Positions 1 through 9,394 of a DNA stretch of 32,000 nucleotides are shown piece after piece; positions within the stretch are counted from its first letter, which is position 1; every line of letters begins with the position of its first letter. This DNA comes from Caedibacter taeniospiralis. GTDB lineage: Bacteria > Pseudomonadota > Gammaproteobacteria > Francisellales > Francisellaceae. The position numbers and the translations under genes are program-made. The notes beneath the pieces were generated by a model. That model was not told the DNA's origin, did no database searches, and was given only the letters and a program-made list of their open reading frames with translations. The stretch covers positions 61,969 through 93,968 of the forward strand of contig NZ_PGGB02000005.1 of assembly GCF_002803295.2 (NCBI RefSeq), written 5' to 3'.

Positions 1-234
1 CAAACCTTTTGGCATAGAATCAAGTATTATGCTGAACTGGCAGGGATCAATAAAGAGATTTCGCCACACACCTTGCGTCATGCCTTTGCGACACATTTGC
101 TTAATCACGGTGCAGATTTGCGTTCTGTACAAATGTTATTAGGGCACAGCAGTGTCTCAACGACAACGATTTACACGCATGTTTCCCAAGTGCGTTTGTT
201 GCAGTTATATAAAATTCACCATCCACGGGCTTAG
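1..234 (+). CDS. xerD: Tyrosine recombinase XerD, C-terminal fragment (5' end lies outside the window)
   Basis: Frame 1 reads ...[41 protein letters not shown]...YKIHHPRA-stop. This contains the RHxxATHLL / LLGH / TxIYTH catalytic box of tyrosine recombinases and the XerD-type HHPRA terminus. It is absent from the ORF track because no start codon lies in the window. Confidence 0.85.
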   Translation, partial: QTFWHRIKYYAELAGINKEISPHTLRHAFATHLLNHGADLRSVQMLLGHSSVSTTTIYTHVSQVRLLQLYKIHHPRA

Positions 235-710
235 GCTTTATTTTCACTACTTTCCAGAAGCTTGCGCACTTTCACGACTTTAATCCAGTAGATAATGTAG
301 ATGACAATACACGCGATAGAAGCAAACGGTGAAATAATGGGAACAAAGGTGACAATAGGTAAAATTACCAGGGCAAGACCCAGAATAAACAGGGTGTCAC
401 CGCGAAGTTTAATCGCCATATCCTGATATTTTTTAAGGGCATTGCCAACGCCAAATGGTAAGACAATCCACTGAAAAACATAGCCAACAACAGGTACAAG
501 AAATAACCAGGCAAACCATGGTTTACTGATTTGCTTATCATTGTCGATGACTTTTAAGAGTTTGTAAACGCTCCATGAAAATAGAATGGAGAAGAGATAA
601 AAAACAACGATCATTATTAAAAGTGCAATTCCAACACCCATGATGGAATAGGGATCAGTTGAAGTTGTCGTGCTTTGGATGCTGATGTTGGTGACGGTTT
701 CCTGATTCAT
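231..710 (-). CDS. Small multi-pass inner-membrane protein of unknown function
   Basis: 159-aa ORF with about four hydrophobic helices. AAGGAG lies 9 nt upstream of the ATG. No family recognised by eye. Confidence 0.55.
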   Translation of the reverse strand: MNQETVTNISIQSTTTSTDPYSIMGVGIALLIMIVVFYLFSILFSWSVYKLLKVIDNDKQISKPWFAWLFLVPVVGYVFQWIVLPFGVGNALKKYQDMAIKLRGDTLFILGLALVILPIVTFVPIISPFASIACIVIYIIYWIKVVKVRKLLESSENKA

Positions 711-802
711 GGGTTTAGGCTCCTTATTTTAACCTCAATAAATGTGTGCTAAGTATGGCAAAATCCTGCTGATTTTAAAACTATGATAACGACCAAATGA
801 GA

Positions 803-1513
803 TTAAACAGTTAAGCTTACCAGGGAAATATTTTCATTCGTGTCAATATGAATATAACTTCCGCTGTTAAACCAGTCCCCCAGCACATAACGGGTATACC
901 CTTTTTCATAATGTACATTCAACATGTGTGTGTGCCCATGAATAAGGGTTTGATACTGATTCAGGTATTTTTGAATGCCTTTTTCGGTGACATCAATGAC
1001 TTTATATTGAGCATTTTTGTGTTTGCTTTGTCTGCGAATTTTCTGCGCAATTTTTTGCCTTAATGGGCGAGGTAATGCCAGGTAAAGCTTTTGAATGAGT
1101 CTGCTTCTGACAAATTGACGAAAAATCTGGTAGCTTTTGTCATCGGTGCAAAGCAGATCGCCGTGCATAAGCAAAATGGCTTTATGCTCAAGGTTTAATA
1201 CATAGGGATCAGGAATAAGTTCGAGCTTAGCCTTCCTGGCAAATGTTTTTCCAATGAGAAAGTCGCGATTGCCGTGCATAAAGTAGACCTGTAATCCTTG
1301 ATCATGCGCGTTGGACAGCAGTTTAATAATATGTTGCTGGAAATCACTGATAACATCATCACCTACCCAATAGTCAAAGAAGTCTCCTAATATAAACAGT
1401 GTATTATCCGTGATGCTGATTTGTGATAGAAACTCTGCAAATAAGGAAGTCGCTTCAGGGCGGGCTTCACTTAAATGCAAATCTGCGATGATGTAATAGT
1501 TTTGATAACTCAT
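803..1513 (-). CDS. lpxH: UDP-2,3-diacylglucosamine diphosphatase (lipid A pathway)
   Basis: 236 aa carrying the calcineurin-like metallophosphoesterase motif series typical of LpxH: IADLHL, GDFFDYWVGDD, GNRDFL, MHGD, GHTH. Confidence 0.85.
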   Translation of the reverse strand: MSYQNYYIIADLHLSEARPEATSLFAEFLSQISITDNTLFILGDFFDYWVGDDVISDFQQHIIKLLSNAHDQGLQVYFMHGNRDFLIGKTFARKAKLELIPDPYVLNLEHKAILLMHGDLLCTDDKSYQIFRQFVRSRLIQKLYLALPRPLRQKIAQKIRRQSKHKNAQYKVIDVTEKGIQKYLNQYQTLIHGHTHMLNVHYEKGYTRYVLGDWFNSGSYIHIDTNENISLVSLTV

Positions 1514-1692
1514 TTAGTGTTTTTAGTGCTTTGTTTATTCAATAACGCGTGTTTAGTATAACAAGGATCCCGTCTATGAAAATCATTAATTCAGGTCAAT
1601 TGTGTAATCCATTGACCAGTGGTGGTATCCGCTACAATTTTGGTAGTGTTTGGTGTAGTATTTGGCGCATTGCAAAGAGGGTAAACAGAACA

Positions 1693-3111
1693 ATGCAAAG
1701 CAATTTACAAAAAGCGCGTGTCTTAGTCGTGGGCGACTTAATGCTGGATCGTTATTACTATGGTGCCACTGAACGTATTTCTCCTGAGGCACCCGTGCCT
1801 GTGGTACATGTTAAAACGATTCAGGATCGAGCAGGAGGGGCAGGTAACGTCGCACTGAATATTGCTTCACTTGAGGGTAAGGCGGGTATTTGTGCGATGG
1901 TGGGTCAAGATGAACCTGCTCAAATCTTAGAAAAATTTTTCGCTGAGCAATCGATTCAAGCACATTTAATGGGAACACATTTACCAACGATCACTAAATT
2001 AAGGGTGTTATCACAAAAGCAACAACTTTTGCGTTTGGATTTTGAAGAAGGATTTAGCCAGATTGATGGTGCTTTATTGGCAAAGAATGTGAGTAAAGTT
2101 ATCGGGCAGTATAATGTGATGATTTTATCGGATTACGGCAAAGGTACATTACAGGATGCTAGAAGCTTAATTGCCTTGGCAAAGTCACGTGATATAGCCG
2201 TACTTGTTGATCCTAAAGGCAATGATTTTAGTATTTATCAGGGAGCGAGCTTAATTACTCCCAATCGCAAAGAATTTGAAGCAGTTGTGGGTAAATGCCA
2301 TGATGAAAAAGAGCTCGTTGAGAAAGCCAGAGGGCTCATTAGAGCATGTCAATTGGGTGGCTTATTGATTACACGCAGTGAAGAGGGGATGACACTTGTG
2401 TTAAACACAGGTGAGCTCACAACGATCCCCACTGTTGCCAAAGAAGTGTTTGATGTAACTGGTGCGGGAGATACCGTGATTGCCGTGATGGCGATGGCTA
2501 TCTCTTGTGGTTATGATCTAATTTCAGCGATGCGCTTAGCTAATGCTGCTGCGGGCGTTGTCGTGGGTAAAGTGGGAACTGCGACGCTTAATGCTCAGGA
2601 ACTGCACGATGCACTTCATGCGCAAACAAGGGTTGATAAAGGAATTTTAAGTGAGAGTGCACTAAAAAAAGCCATGAATGAAGTGCGTCTTCAAGGTGAA
2701 AAGGTGGTAATGACCAATGGATGTTTTGATATTTTGCATGCAGGACACGTGGAATATTTACAAAAAGCACGTGCACTGGGAGATCGGCTTATCGTTGCTG
2801 TCAATACGGATGAATCAGTAAAGCGCATTAAAGGGAATACACGTCCTTATGTGGGTTTACAGTCAAGGATGGAGGTTTTAGCGGCGCTATCTTGCGTTGA
2901 TTGGGTGGTCGCATTTGATGAAGACACCCCTAAACGGATTATATCTGAGATTTTACCCGATATTTTAGTCAAGGGTGCTGACTATGAGATCGATCAGATT
3001 GCGGGTGCCAGGGAGGTCATGGCAGCAGGGGGAGAGGTTAAAACCATCACCTTAAAACCAGATCACTCCAGCACATCAATTATTGAAAAAATTAAGACAA
3101 CAATAAACTGA
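1693..3111 (+). CDS. hldE: Bifunctional D-beta-D-heptose 7-phosphate kinase / heptose 1-phosphate adenylyltransferase
   Basis: N-terminal ribokinase-like domain (VLVVGDLMLDRYYYG, DVTGAGDTV) and C-terminal cytidylyltransferase domain (TNGCFDILHAGHVEYL). The start is set at the ATG at 1693 (MQSNLQKARVLVVGD), preceded by AGAGGG, which gives 472 aa. The track ORF start at 1549 is an upstream extension. Confidence 0.9.
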   Translation: MQSNLQKARVLVVGDLMLDRYYYGATERISPEAPVPVVHVKTIQDRAGGAGNVALNIASLEGKAGICAMVGQDEPAQILEKFFAEQSIQAHLMGTHLPTITKLRVLSQKQQLLRLDFEEGFSQIDGALLAKNVSKVIGQYNVMILSDYGKGTLQDARSLIALAKSRDIAVLVDPKGNDFSIYQGASLITPNRKEFEAVVGKCHDEKELVEKARGLIRACQLGGLLITRSEEGMTLVLNTGELTTIPTVAKEVFDVTGAGDTVIAVMAMAISCGYDLISAMRLANAAAGVVVGKVGTATLNAQELHDALHAQTRVDKGILSESALKKAMNEVRLQGEKVVMTNGCFDILHAGHVEYLQKARALGDRLIVAVNTDESVKRIKGNTRPYVGLQSRMEVLAALSCVDWVVAFDEDTPKRIISEILPDILVKGADYEIDQIAGAREVMAAGGEVKTITLKPDHSSTSIIEKIKTTIN

Positions 3112-3146
3112 CATTTACACAAGTTTTATAAAGGGTATTAAACGAT

Positions 3147-4523
3147 ATGAAGCATGTTCATATACTGGGTATTTGCGGCACATTTATGGGTGCGCTTGCT
3201 ATTTTGGCGCGTGAAAAGGGCTATAAAGTCACAGGAAGTGACCAGAATGTTTATCCACCTATGAGTACGTACCTAAATAACCAGGGGATTGAATTAATTG
3301 AGGGTTATGACTATGACCTTTTAGCGCTTAAGCCTGACCAGGTTGTTGTTGGTAATACCATGCGTCGTGGCATGCCGATCATTGAGGATTTATTAAATAG
3401 TGATCAAGTGTATTTTTCAGCACCTCACTGGCTTTATGAAGAAGTTCTAAAAGATAAAAGGGTGATTGCCATTGCTGGAACTCATGGCAAAACTACAACG
3501 ACCTCATTGGTGATTAAGCTATTAGAAGATGCAAGTCTAAATCCAGGTTTTTTAGTGGGCGGAATCAGCCAGGATTTTGGCATTTCTTCTCGCTTAACGG
3601 ATTCCCCCTATTTTGTTATTGAAGCGGATGAGTATGATACGGCGTTTTTTGATAAAAGATCGAAATTCATGCACTATCACCCATGGATTTTAGTGATTAA
3701 TAATTTAGAGTTTGATCATGCCGATATCTTTAACAGCATGGATGACATTTATCGTCAATTTCATCATTTACTAAGAACGATGCCTGGAAAATCGATGGTT
3801 ATTTATCCAGAAGACGACCAGAATATCCTGCATCTCTTGAATATGGGGTGCTGGTCAAAGCGTATTACAGTTAGGACAAAGTCACTCGACATTTCCTCCG
3901 CCAAAGCAGATTTTAGCGAGTTTTTCCTCATTGATGAAGATAAAACGGAGCTTGTACAATGGTCAATGCTGGGGGAGTATAATGCGAGAAATGCGTTATC
4001 TGCCTATGCGGTTGCCAAAGTGCTTGGATTGTCGCTGACTGATGTGGTGCCAGGTTTCACCCATTTTAAAGGAGTAAAGCGGCGTTTAGAGTGTATTTTT
4101 CACCATGATAATTGTGCCATTTATGATGATTTTGCGCATCATCCAACGGCGGTAAGAGAAACCTTAATGGCGATGAAAGCAAAAGCTCAAACTCAAGAAA
4201 AAGTCGTGGCGATCCTGGAACCTCGATCAAACACCATGAAAATGGGGGCGCAAGAAAGTGAGCTCATCAAGGCGCTTGGCATCGCAGATGAGGTGTGGTT
4301 TTATCAAAATGGTACGATGCAGTGGCAGGCAAAGATCCACCAAAAAGAACATTTTTTAGTCTTTGATTGTGTTGATGACATTGTTGCATACTTTACTAAG
4401 CATTCAAAAGAAGACGTATTTACGCATTATGTGTTGATGAGTAATGGCTCTTTTGACGGCTTGCATCAAAAGCTGGTCAATGCAAAACAGTGGCTAATAG
4501 AAAATAGCAGAGCAGGAAAATAA
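3147..4523 (+). CDS. mpl: UDP-N-acetylmuramate:L-alanyl-gamma-D-glutamyl-meso-diaminopimelate ligase (murein peptide recycling)
   Basis: 458 aa. The N-terminus HILGICGTFMGALAILAREKGYKVTGSDQNVYPPMS is near-colinear with enterobacterial Mpl. It carries the Mur-ligase P-loop GTHGKTTTTS. Confidence 0.9.
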   Translation: MKHVHILGICGTFMGALAILAREKGYKVTGSDQNVYPPMSTYLNNQGIELIEGYDYDLLALKPDQVVVGNTMRRGMPIIEDLLNSDQVYFSAPHWLYEEVLKDKRVIAIAGTHGKTTTTSLVIKLLEDASLNPGFLVGGISQDFGISSRLTDSPYFVIEADEYDTAFFDKRSKFMHYHPWILVINNLEFDHADIFNSMDDIYRQFHHLLRTMPGKSMVIYPEDDQNILHLLNMGCWSKRITVRTKSLDISSAKADFSEFFLIDEDKTELVQWSMLGEYNARNALSAYAVAKVLGLSLTDVVPGFTHFKGVKRRLECIFHHDNCAIYDDFAHHPTAVRETLMAMKAKAQTQEKVVAILEPRSNTMKMGAQESELIKALGIADEVWFYQNGTMQWQAKIHQKEHFLVFDCVDDIVAYFTKHSKEDVFTHYVLMSNGSFDGLHQKLVNAKQWLIENSRAGK

Positions 4524-5730
4524 GGCTAAGCAGCGATCCTATCAGGAAGAATGAGCAAAAGCGAAAGGCAAAAATCTTCATTTTTTCAGCGTATTGGAAG
4601 ATAATGACATTACTTGCAGCTCCAAGCATACTTAAATTTCCTGCCAGCGTACTGCCAATACTCAAAGCAATGAGTAGCTCCGTTGAGTGGCTATTGTACT
4701 GATTAAGGACAGGCAAAAGAAGCATTACCGCAGGAACGTTGGATAAAATCTGGCTAAGCACAAAACCAATAATCACAAGGCTTAGTGGATGAATAAGCCA
4801 GTGTTGGTGTATATCCAAAAACGCCTGGGTTATCCCCGTGAGCCACACAGCGTGCATAAAAATAAACATCGCAATAAAGAAGAGTAAACTATACCAGTCA
4901 ACACCTTTGATGACCCTAAAGCGCCTAGGGTAGAATAACAAAATAGGCAGACAAGCCAGCAAGGCAATCATGCTAAGCGACAGGAAAAAATGTAGATCAA
5001 GCACGGCAAACAGTATTTTTAAAATGATTAAAGAAATAAAGATTGTCATGGCTAAATAGATAGGGACAATTTTTCGTGTTTCAAACTTGGGTGTTTCAAT
5101 GGCTGATTTTTCGATAGCTATGGGGTTTTGCAACTGCTTGTGGTAGATAAAAGTGATAATTTTATAGCAGGCATATAGGCTGATAAGACTGGGAATAATC
5201 AAATGGGTAAAAAAGCTGATAAAAGGCGAGTCAAGATATTGTGCAATTAATAAATTCTGTGGGTTGCCAACTGGGCTAAATGCGCTGCCGATTGTCATGC
5301 TAAAAGCCAGTGTGTACAAATAGGGTTGAGGCGTGAGATTAAACCGTCTGATAAGACTAATCACCGTCCCAATGCCGATGATGGCAATGGTATCGTTAAG
5401 GAGTAATGCAGAGAGTAGACCACTGCTAAAGCAGAGGACAAAAAGGAGTTTCTGTTGTGATATTTGATGGGATAAATAGTTAAACAGCAGGGTTTCAAGT
5501 AGTTTGCTGTCGTGAAGAGCGCTACCTATAAAAAATACAGCCAATAGATAGAAAATCGTTGCAAAATTAATGGCATTAAAAGCCTGCTTCAGTGTAATGT
5601 TTCCACTGATCAAAACCGCTAATGCACAGGCAGACATCACAAGCCAGATAGGTAATGAGAACTGCCCAATTTTTCGCATCGAAGCGCCTATGAGAACAAA
5701 TAAAAGTAAAATGAGTGGGAAGTATTGCAA
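4477..5730 (-). CDS. ArsB/NhaD-superfamily (YbiR/citrate-transporter-like) anion permease
   Basis: 417 aa with about 11-12 TM helices and the GNPQNLLIA motif characteristic of the ArsB/NhaD permease fold. The start is TTG. The 3' end overlaps the convergent mpl 3' end by 47 nt. Confidence 0.6.
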   Translation of the reverse strand: MQYFPLILLLFVLIGASMRKIGQFSLPIWLVMSACALAVLISGNITLKQAFNAINFATIFYLLAVFFIGSALHDSKLLETLLFNYLSHQISQQKLLFVLCFSSGLLSALLLNDTIAIIGIGTVISLIRRFNLTPQPYLYTLAFSMTIGSAFSPVGNPQNLLIAQYLDSPFISFFTHLIIPSLISLYACYKIITFIYHKQLQNPIAIEKSAIETPKFETRKIVPIYLAMTIFISLIILKILFAVLDLHFFLSLSMIALLACLPILLFYPRRFRVIKGVDWYSLLFFIAMFIFMHAVWLTGITQAFLDIHQHWLIHPLSLVIIGFVLSQILSNVPAVMLLLPVLNQYNSHSTELLIALSIGSTLAGNLSMLGAASNVIIFQYAEKMKIFAFRFCSFFLIGSLLSLIFLLCYFLLATVLH

Positions 5731-5799
5731 TTAAGACTCGAATCGCTCTGTTATAAAGTTTTGGGATTATATATCAGCTATGAACTATTTTGCAGAGAT

Positions 5800-5828
5800 T
5801 TCACTGCTATCTTCCAGGGTCATATACT
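5800..5828 (+). promoter_or_regulatory. Candidate sigma70 promoter for the malQ-glg operon (TTCACT-17 nt-TATACT)
   Basis: TTCACT at 5800-5805, a 17-nt spacer, then TATACT at 5823-5828. The -10 element lies inside the left arm of the 48-bp palindrome. Pattern match only. Confidence 0.25.
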
Positions 5829-5866
5829 ACCCCAAACTGTCAAGACAGTTTGGGGTAGTATATGAC
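5819..5866. repeat. 48-bp perfect inverted repeat (23-bp arms, 2-nt centre), candidate operator or hairpin
   Basis: The sequence is GTCATATACTACCCCAAACTGTC AA GACAGTTTGGGGTAGTATATGAC. The arms are exact reverse complements, checked base by base. Confidence 0.9.
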
Positions 5867-5910
5867 AGCAACTATGCTTTTTGTGTGCCATTATGAAAAC
5901 CTTTTTGGCG

Positions 5911-5960
5911 GCGAGCAGCCTTGCTTGCTTGTGGAGTCAGCTGCTCGCGTCAAAAGTTTT
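5911..5960 (+). promoter_or_regulatory. Leader stem-loop followed by a T-tract (attenuator or terminator-like) upstream of malQ
   Basis: GCGAGCAGC (5911-5919) pairs with GCTGCTCGC (5940-5948) across a 20-nt loop. Flanking TTTTG/CAAAA can extend the stem. TTTT follows at 5957-5960, about 115 nt before the malQ start. Confidence 0.35.
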
Positions 5961-6074
5961 CGTATAACAATTAAAATCCCTTGCAAAAGGGAGAAAGTCC
6001 ATATATGGTCAGACCTGCGAGGCGAGGTAGTGCAGCAAAAATGCGTAACGCCCATCAATAAACAGGGACAAAGG

Positions 6075-7457
6075 ATGAATCAACAACGAAAAGCGGGGGT
6101 TTTGTTACACCCTACCTCGTTACCAAATGGTGTATTGGATCAACATGCTTATAAATTTATAGACTGGTTGAGTGAGTCTGATTTGGGTATATGGCAAATG
6201 TTACCTCTGACGCCACCTGTTGATGGTATCTCTCCTTATCACAGCGACTCAGCCTTTGCATTGAATACGGCGTTGTTACCAGACGACTGGCAGGTGCATT
6301 TTGATCATAAAAAATTTCAGCAATATCTTCAAAATCCCCCAGAATGGCTAGAGGATTATGTACTTTTTCAGATATTAAAAAATAAATACCATACACCTTG
6401 GTCAAAGTGGCCCCATGAATATTGCTTTAGAGACTCAAAAGCGCTGCTAAGTTTAAACATGACATTTGCAGCCGAAATATTGCAGCATAAAAAGCAGCAA
6501 TTTGCGATCTTTGACGTATGGCAAAAAGTTAAGCGCTATGCAAACCAGAAGGGTATTCAGCTTTTTGGTGATATTCCCATATTTATTACCTACAATAGCG
6601 TCGATGTGTGGGCAAATTTATCTCAATTTAAGCTCGATCAGAATCTTCAGCCACTGGTGGTCACAGGAGTCCCTCCTGATTATTTTTCTGAAGAAGGGCA
6701 GTTATGGGGAAATCCTCACTACGACTGGGGCAGGATGGAAGAAAATGGCTTTAGATGGTGGGTGAGCCGAATTGAAGAGGCATTCAAATATTTTGACCTG
6801 TTGCGTATTGATCACTTTAGGGGGCTTCAGGCGGTATGGGAAATTCCAGCAGATTCTCATACTGCAAGAAATGGACAGTGGCATAAGGTGCCTGGCAGTG
6901 CGCTATTAGATAAACTCCAGCAAAAATTCCCGGAAATGCCGTTTATCGCAGAGGATCTTGGGTTTATTACACCAGAGGTTGTGGCGTTAAAAAACAAATA
7001 TGACTTGCTGGGAATGTCTGTTTTGCAGTTTGGGTTTAATGGACATGCGAACAACCCTCATGCCCTGTATAATCAGAGTGCAAATGCGGTGGTATATACA
7101 GGAACACATGATAATGACACCTCCCTTGGCTGGTTTAATAGTTTAGATGAACCAACCCAAAAAATAGTGCTTGATCAGCTATCAGCAAAAGAAACACCTA
7201 TGCCTTGGCCTTTGATTGATGCAGCACTGGCTTCACCTGCTAGGTTATCGATTATCCCTATGCAAGACTGGCTTGGCTTTGGAACTTCGACCAGAATGAA
7301 TACGCCAGGAACGATTTCAAATAATTGGAGTTGGCGGTTTCAATGGCATGATGTACCCGAACAATTAAGCAATAAAATAAAGGCATTAGTTGAAAAGACA
7401 CAAAGATCAGAAAGTGTGATGGCTAATGCAGGTAATGAAGGGTTTCCTCATGGATAA
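6075..7457 (+). CDS. malQ: 4-alpha-glucanotransferase (amylomaltase)
   Basis: GH77 motifs are present: RKAGVLLHPTSLP at the N-terminus, LRIDHFRG, IAEDLG, YTGTHDNDT. The start is placed at the ATG at 6075 (MNQQRKAGVLLH), giving 460 aa. The track start at 5862 lies inside the palindrome. Confidence 0.9.
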   Translation: MNQQRKAGVLLHPTSLPNGVLDQHAYKFIDWLSESDLGIWQMLPLTPPVDGISPYHSDSAFALNTALLPDDWQVHFDHKKFQQYLQNPPEWLEDYVLFQILKNKYHTPWSKWPHEYCFRDSKALLSLNMTFAAEILQHKKQQFAIFDVWQKVKRYANQKGIQLFGDIPIFITYNSVDVWANLSQFKLDQNLQPLVVTGVPPDYFSEEGQLWGNPHYDWGRMEENGFRWWVSRIEEAFKYFDLLRIDHFRGLQAVWEIPADSHTARNGQWHKVPGSALLDKLQQKFPEMPFIAEDLGFITPEVVALKNKYDLLGMSVLQFGFNGHANNPHALYNQSANAVVYTGTHDNDTSLGWFNSLDEPTQKIVLDQLSAKETPMPWPLIDAALASPARLSIIPMQDWLGFGTSTRMNTPGTISNNWSWRFQWHDVPEQLSNKIKALVEKTQRSESVMANAGNEGFPHG

Positions 7458-7486
7458 AATGGAGCAATGTATACAGCAGTTACAAA

Positions 7487-9394
7487 ATGGCAGTTATCAT
7501 GATTATACTCCCCCCCCCTGTTTTAGGTGATTTAGATCTGCACTTATTTGGTGAAGGGAAACATTGGCGTATTTATCGTAAGATGGGTGCTCATTGCATG
7601 AGCATCAATGCAATAGAAGGAGTGTACTTTTGTGTGTGGGCTCCCTCAGCAAAAAGAGTTTCTGTGGTTGGAAGCTTTAATAACTGGAATGGTCTGCGGC
7701 ATTTAATGCGTGGTCTTGGCAACTCTGGTGTCTGGGAAATATTTATCCCCGAAGTGCAAGCGGGAGATGCGTATAAGTACGAAATTTTAACGCAAAAAGA
7801 TCAGTGTCTGATCAAAACTGACCCGTATGCAATGTCTATGGAGCTTAGACCCTCGAGCAATTCTATTGTCAGCACGTCTGGGTATTTATGGAAAGATAAG
7901 CATTGGCTACGTGCTCGCAAACAATTTCAGTGGCAACATGAGCCGATCAATATCTATGAGGTGCATTTAGGCTCCTGGCAACGTGAGAGTGATGGTCGGT
8001 TTTTAAATTATAAAGTGTTAGCACATAAATTGGTTGAGTACCTTAAATGGATGGCGTACACCCACATTGAATTGCTGCCAATTATGGAACATCCTCTTGA
8101 TGAATCCTGGGGATATCAGGTCTCAGGATACTATGCTCCCACCAGTCGTTTCGGAACTCCTGATGATTTTCGCTATTTTGTCGATTATTGTCATCAAAAT
8201 AATATTGGGGTATTTTTAGACTGGGTGCCTGCCCATTTCCCAAAAGATATATTTGCCTTAGGCAGATTTGATGGCACGGCGTTATATGAGCACGCCGATC
8301 CCCGTCAAGGTGAGCACCAGGATTGGGGGACCTATATTTTTAATTATAATCGCAATGAAGTCCGTAATTTTCTGATTGCAAATGCCTTATATTGGATTGA
8401 TGAGTTCCACATAGATGGGCTGCGTGTTGATGCGGTAGCCTCAATGCTTTATTTAAATTACTCGCGCAAAGAAGGTCAGTGGATTCCCAATGAATTTGGT
8501 GGGCATGAAAACCTTGAAGCCATTGAGTTTTTAAAAACTTTAAATATTGAAGTTCACTCTCAGCATCCAGGTGTGGTGATGATGGCAGAGGAATCGACCT
8601 CGTGGCCTATGGTCTCTAAACCAACGAGTATGGGAGGTATTGGTTTTTCGATGAAATGGAATATGGGCTGGATGAATGATACATTGAAGTATTTCCAATA
8701 TGATCCCATTTATCGCCAGTTTCACCACAATGAATTAACGTTTTCTCAAACCTATGCCTATAGCGAAAATTTCGTTTTACCGCTTTCTCATGACGAGGTC
8801 GTTCATCTAAAGCATGCCCTGATCAATAAAATGCCAGGTGATGACTGGCAAAAAATGGCAAATCTTCGTTTGTTGTTTGGATATCAACAGCTGACACCTG
8901 GTAAGAAGCTATTGTTCATGGGCGCTGAGTTTGCACAATGGAATGAATGGAGTGAAAAAAAAGCCCTTGACTGGTATTTATGTGAACATCCCTCTCACCG
9001 AGGAATTATGCGTTTGGTTCGCGATCTAAATCACTTATATCGACAGGAGAAAGCATTGCATCAGTATGATTTTGAACAACGGGGATTTAGGTGGATAGAC
9101 TGTAATGATCACAGCCAGTCTATTCTAAGTTTCATACGCCAAACAGAAAATGCACAATTAGTTTGTGTGTTTAATTTTACGCCAGTTAAACGCGCTTCCT
9201 ATCGAATTGGTTTGCCTGAGCCTGGTCTTTACAAAGAATTACTCAATTCGGACTCCACTTACTATGGAGGCTCAAATATTGGTTGTTTTGGGCAAGTCCA
9301 TTCAGTAAACATTCCTTGTATGGGTTGCCAAGATTCTGTTGAGATTGTGATCCCTCCATTAGCATTTATCGTATTAAAGAAAATGGCTGAGTGA
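7487..9394 (+). CDS. glgB: 1,4-alpha-glucan branching enzyme (short form lacking the N1 domain)
   Basis: GH13 catalytic motifs are present: GVFLDWVPAHF, GLRVDAVASMLY, MMAEESTSWP, LPLSHDEVVH. The CBM48 region contains FCVWAPSAKRVSVVGSFNNWNG. The start is uncertain; see the C9 finding. Confidence 0.9.
   Translation: MAVIMIILPPPVLGDLDLHLFGEGKHWRIYRKMGAHCMSINAIEGVYFCVWAPSAKRVSVVGSFNNWNGLRHLMRGLGNSGVWEIFIPEVQAGDAYKYEILTQKDQCLIKTDPYAMSMELRPSSNSIVSTSGYLWKDKHWLRARKQFQWQHEPINIYEVHLGSWQRESDGRFLNYKVLAHKLVEYLKWMAYTHIELLPIMEHPLDESWGYQVSGYYAPTSRFGTPDDFRYFVDYCHQNNIGVFLDWVPAHFPKDIFALGRFDGTALYEHADPRQGEHQDWGTYIFNYNRNEVRNFLIANALYWIDEFHIDGLRVDAVASMLYLNYSRKEGQWIPNEFGGHENLEAIEFLKTLNIEVHSQHPGVVMMAEESTSWPMVSKPTSMGGIGFSMKWNMGWMNDTLKYFQYDPIYRQFHHNELTFSQTYAYSENFVLPLSHDEVVHLKHALINKMPGDDWQKMANLRLLFGYQQLTPGKKLLFMGAEFAQWNEWSEKKALDWYLCEHPSHRGIMRLVRDLNHLYRQEKALHQYDFEQRGFRWIDCNDHSQSILSFIRQTENAQLVCVFNFTPVKRASYRIGLPEPGLYKELLNSDSTYYGGSNIGCFGQVHSVNIPCMGCQDSVEIVIPPLAFIVLKKMAE
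7510..7518. repeat. C9 homopolymer at the 5' end of glgB
   Basis: Nine consecutive C residues were counted at 7510-7518. They encode PPP in the glgB frame. Confidence 0.95.

Noticed and set aside
848-1063. Short ORFs nested inside or antisense to the large genes. Examples: 848-1063, 1586-1792, 2588-2776, 6157-6405, 6466-6765, 8034-8219, 11906-12151, 14232-14474, 15030-15353, 16753-17052, 17079-17336, 18385-18618, 22073-22312, 23934-24250, 25550-25753, 28384-28716, 28709-28966, 29750-30191, 30983-31213.
   Set aside because: All lie within well-supported longer CDSs in other frames or on the other strand. They have odd composition (Cys/His/Arg-rich, no motifs) and no SD sequences. These are typical shadow ORFs.
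1648-1661. Recurrence of a TTGG(G/T)GTAGTAT motif upstream of hldE (1648-1661), in both arms of the 5819-5866 palindrome and at 13903-13914, as a possible shared regulator site.
   Set aside because: Chance 12-mer repeats are expected in a 32-kb AT-rich window, and the hldE copy has a mismatch. I cannot establish significance without a genome-wide count. It is mentioned only as context.
1549-1692. N-terminal extensions in the ORF track: hldE from 1549, malQ from 5862, glgA from 9549, rppH from 17379, the Trm112-like gene from 23717 and the GT39 gene from 15739.
   Set aside because: Homology-type sequence begins at internal ATGs that have better SD context. The extensions cross intergenic hairpins or palindromes, or overlap neighbouring genes, so the shorter starts were used.
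4477-4523. Convergent 3'-end overlaps considered as a regulatory antisense arrangement: mpl/permease 47 nt, membrane protein/SDR 26 nt at 21153-21178, and xerD/membrane protein 4 nt at 231-234.
   Set aside because: Short convergent overlaps are common in compact genomes, and nothing else in the sequence points to a specific mechanism.
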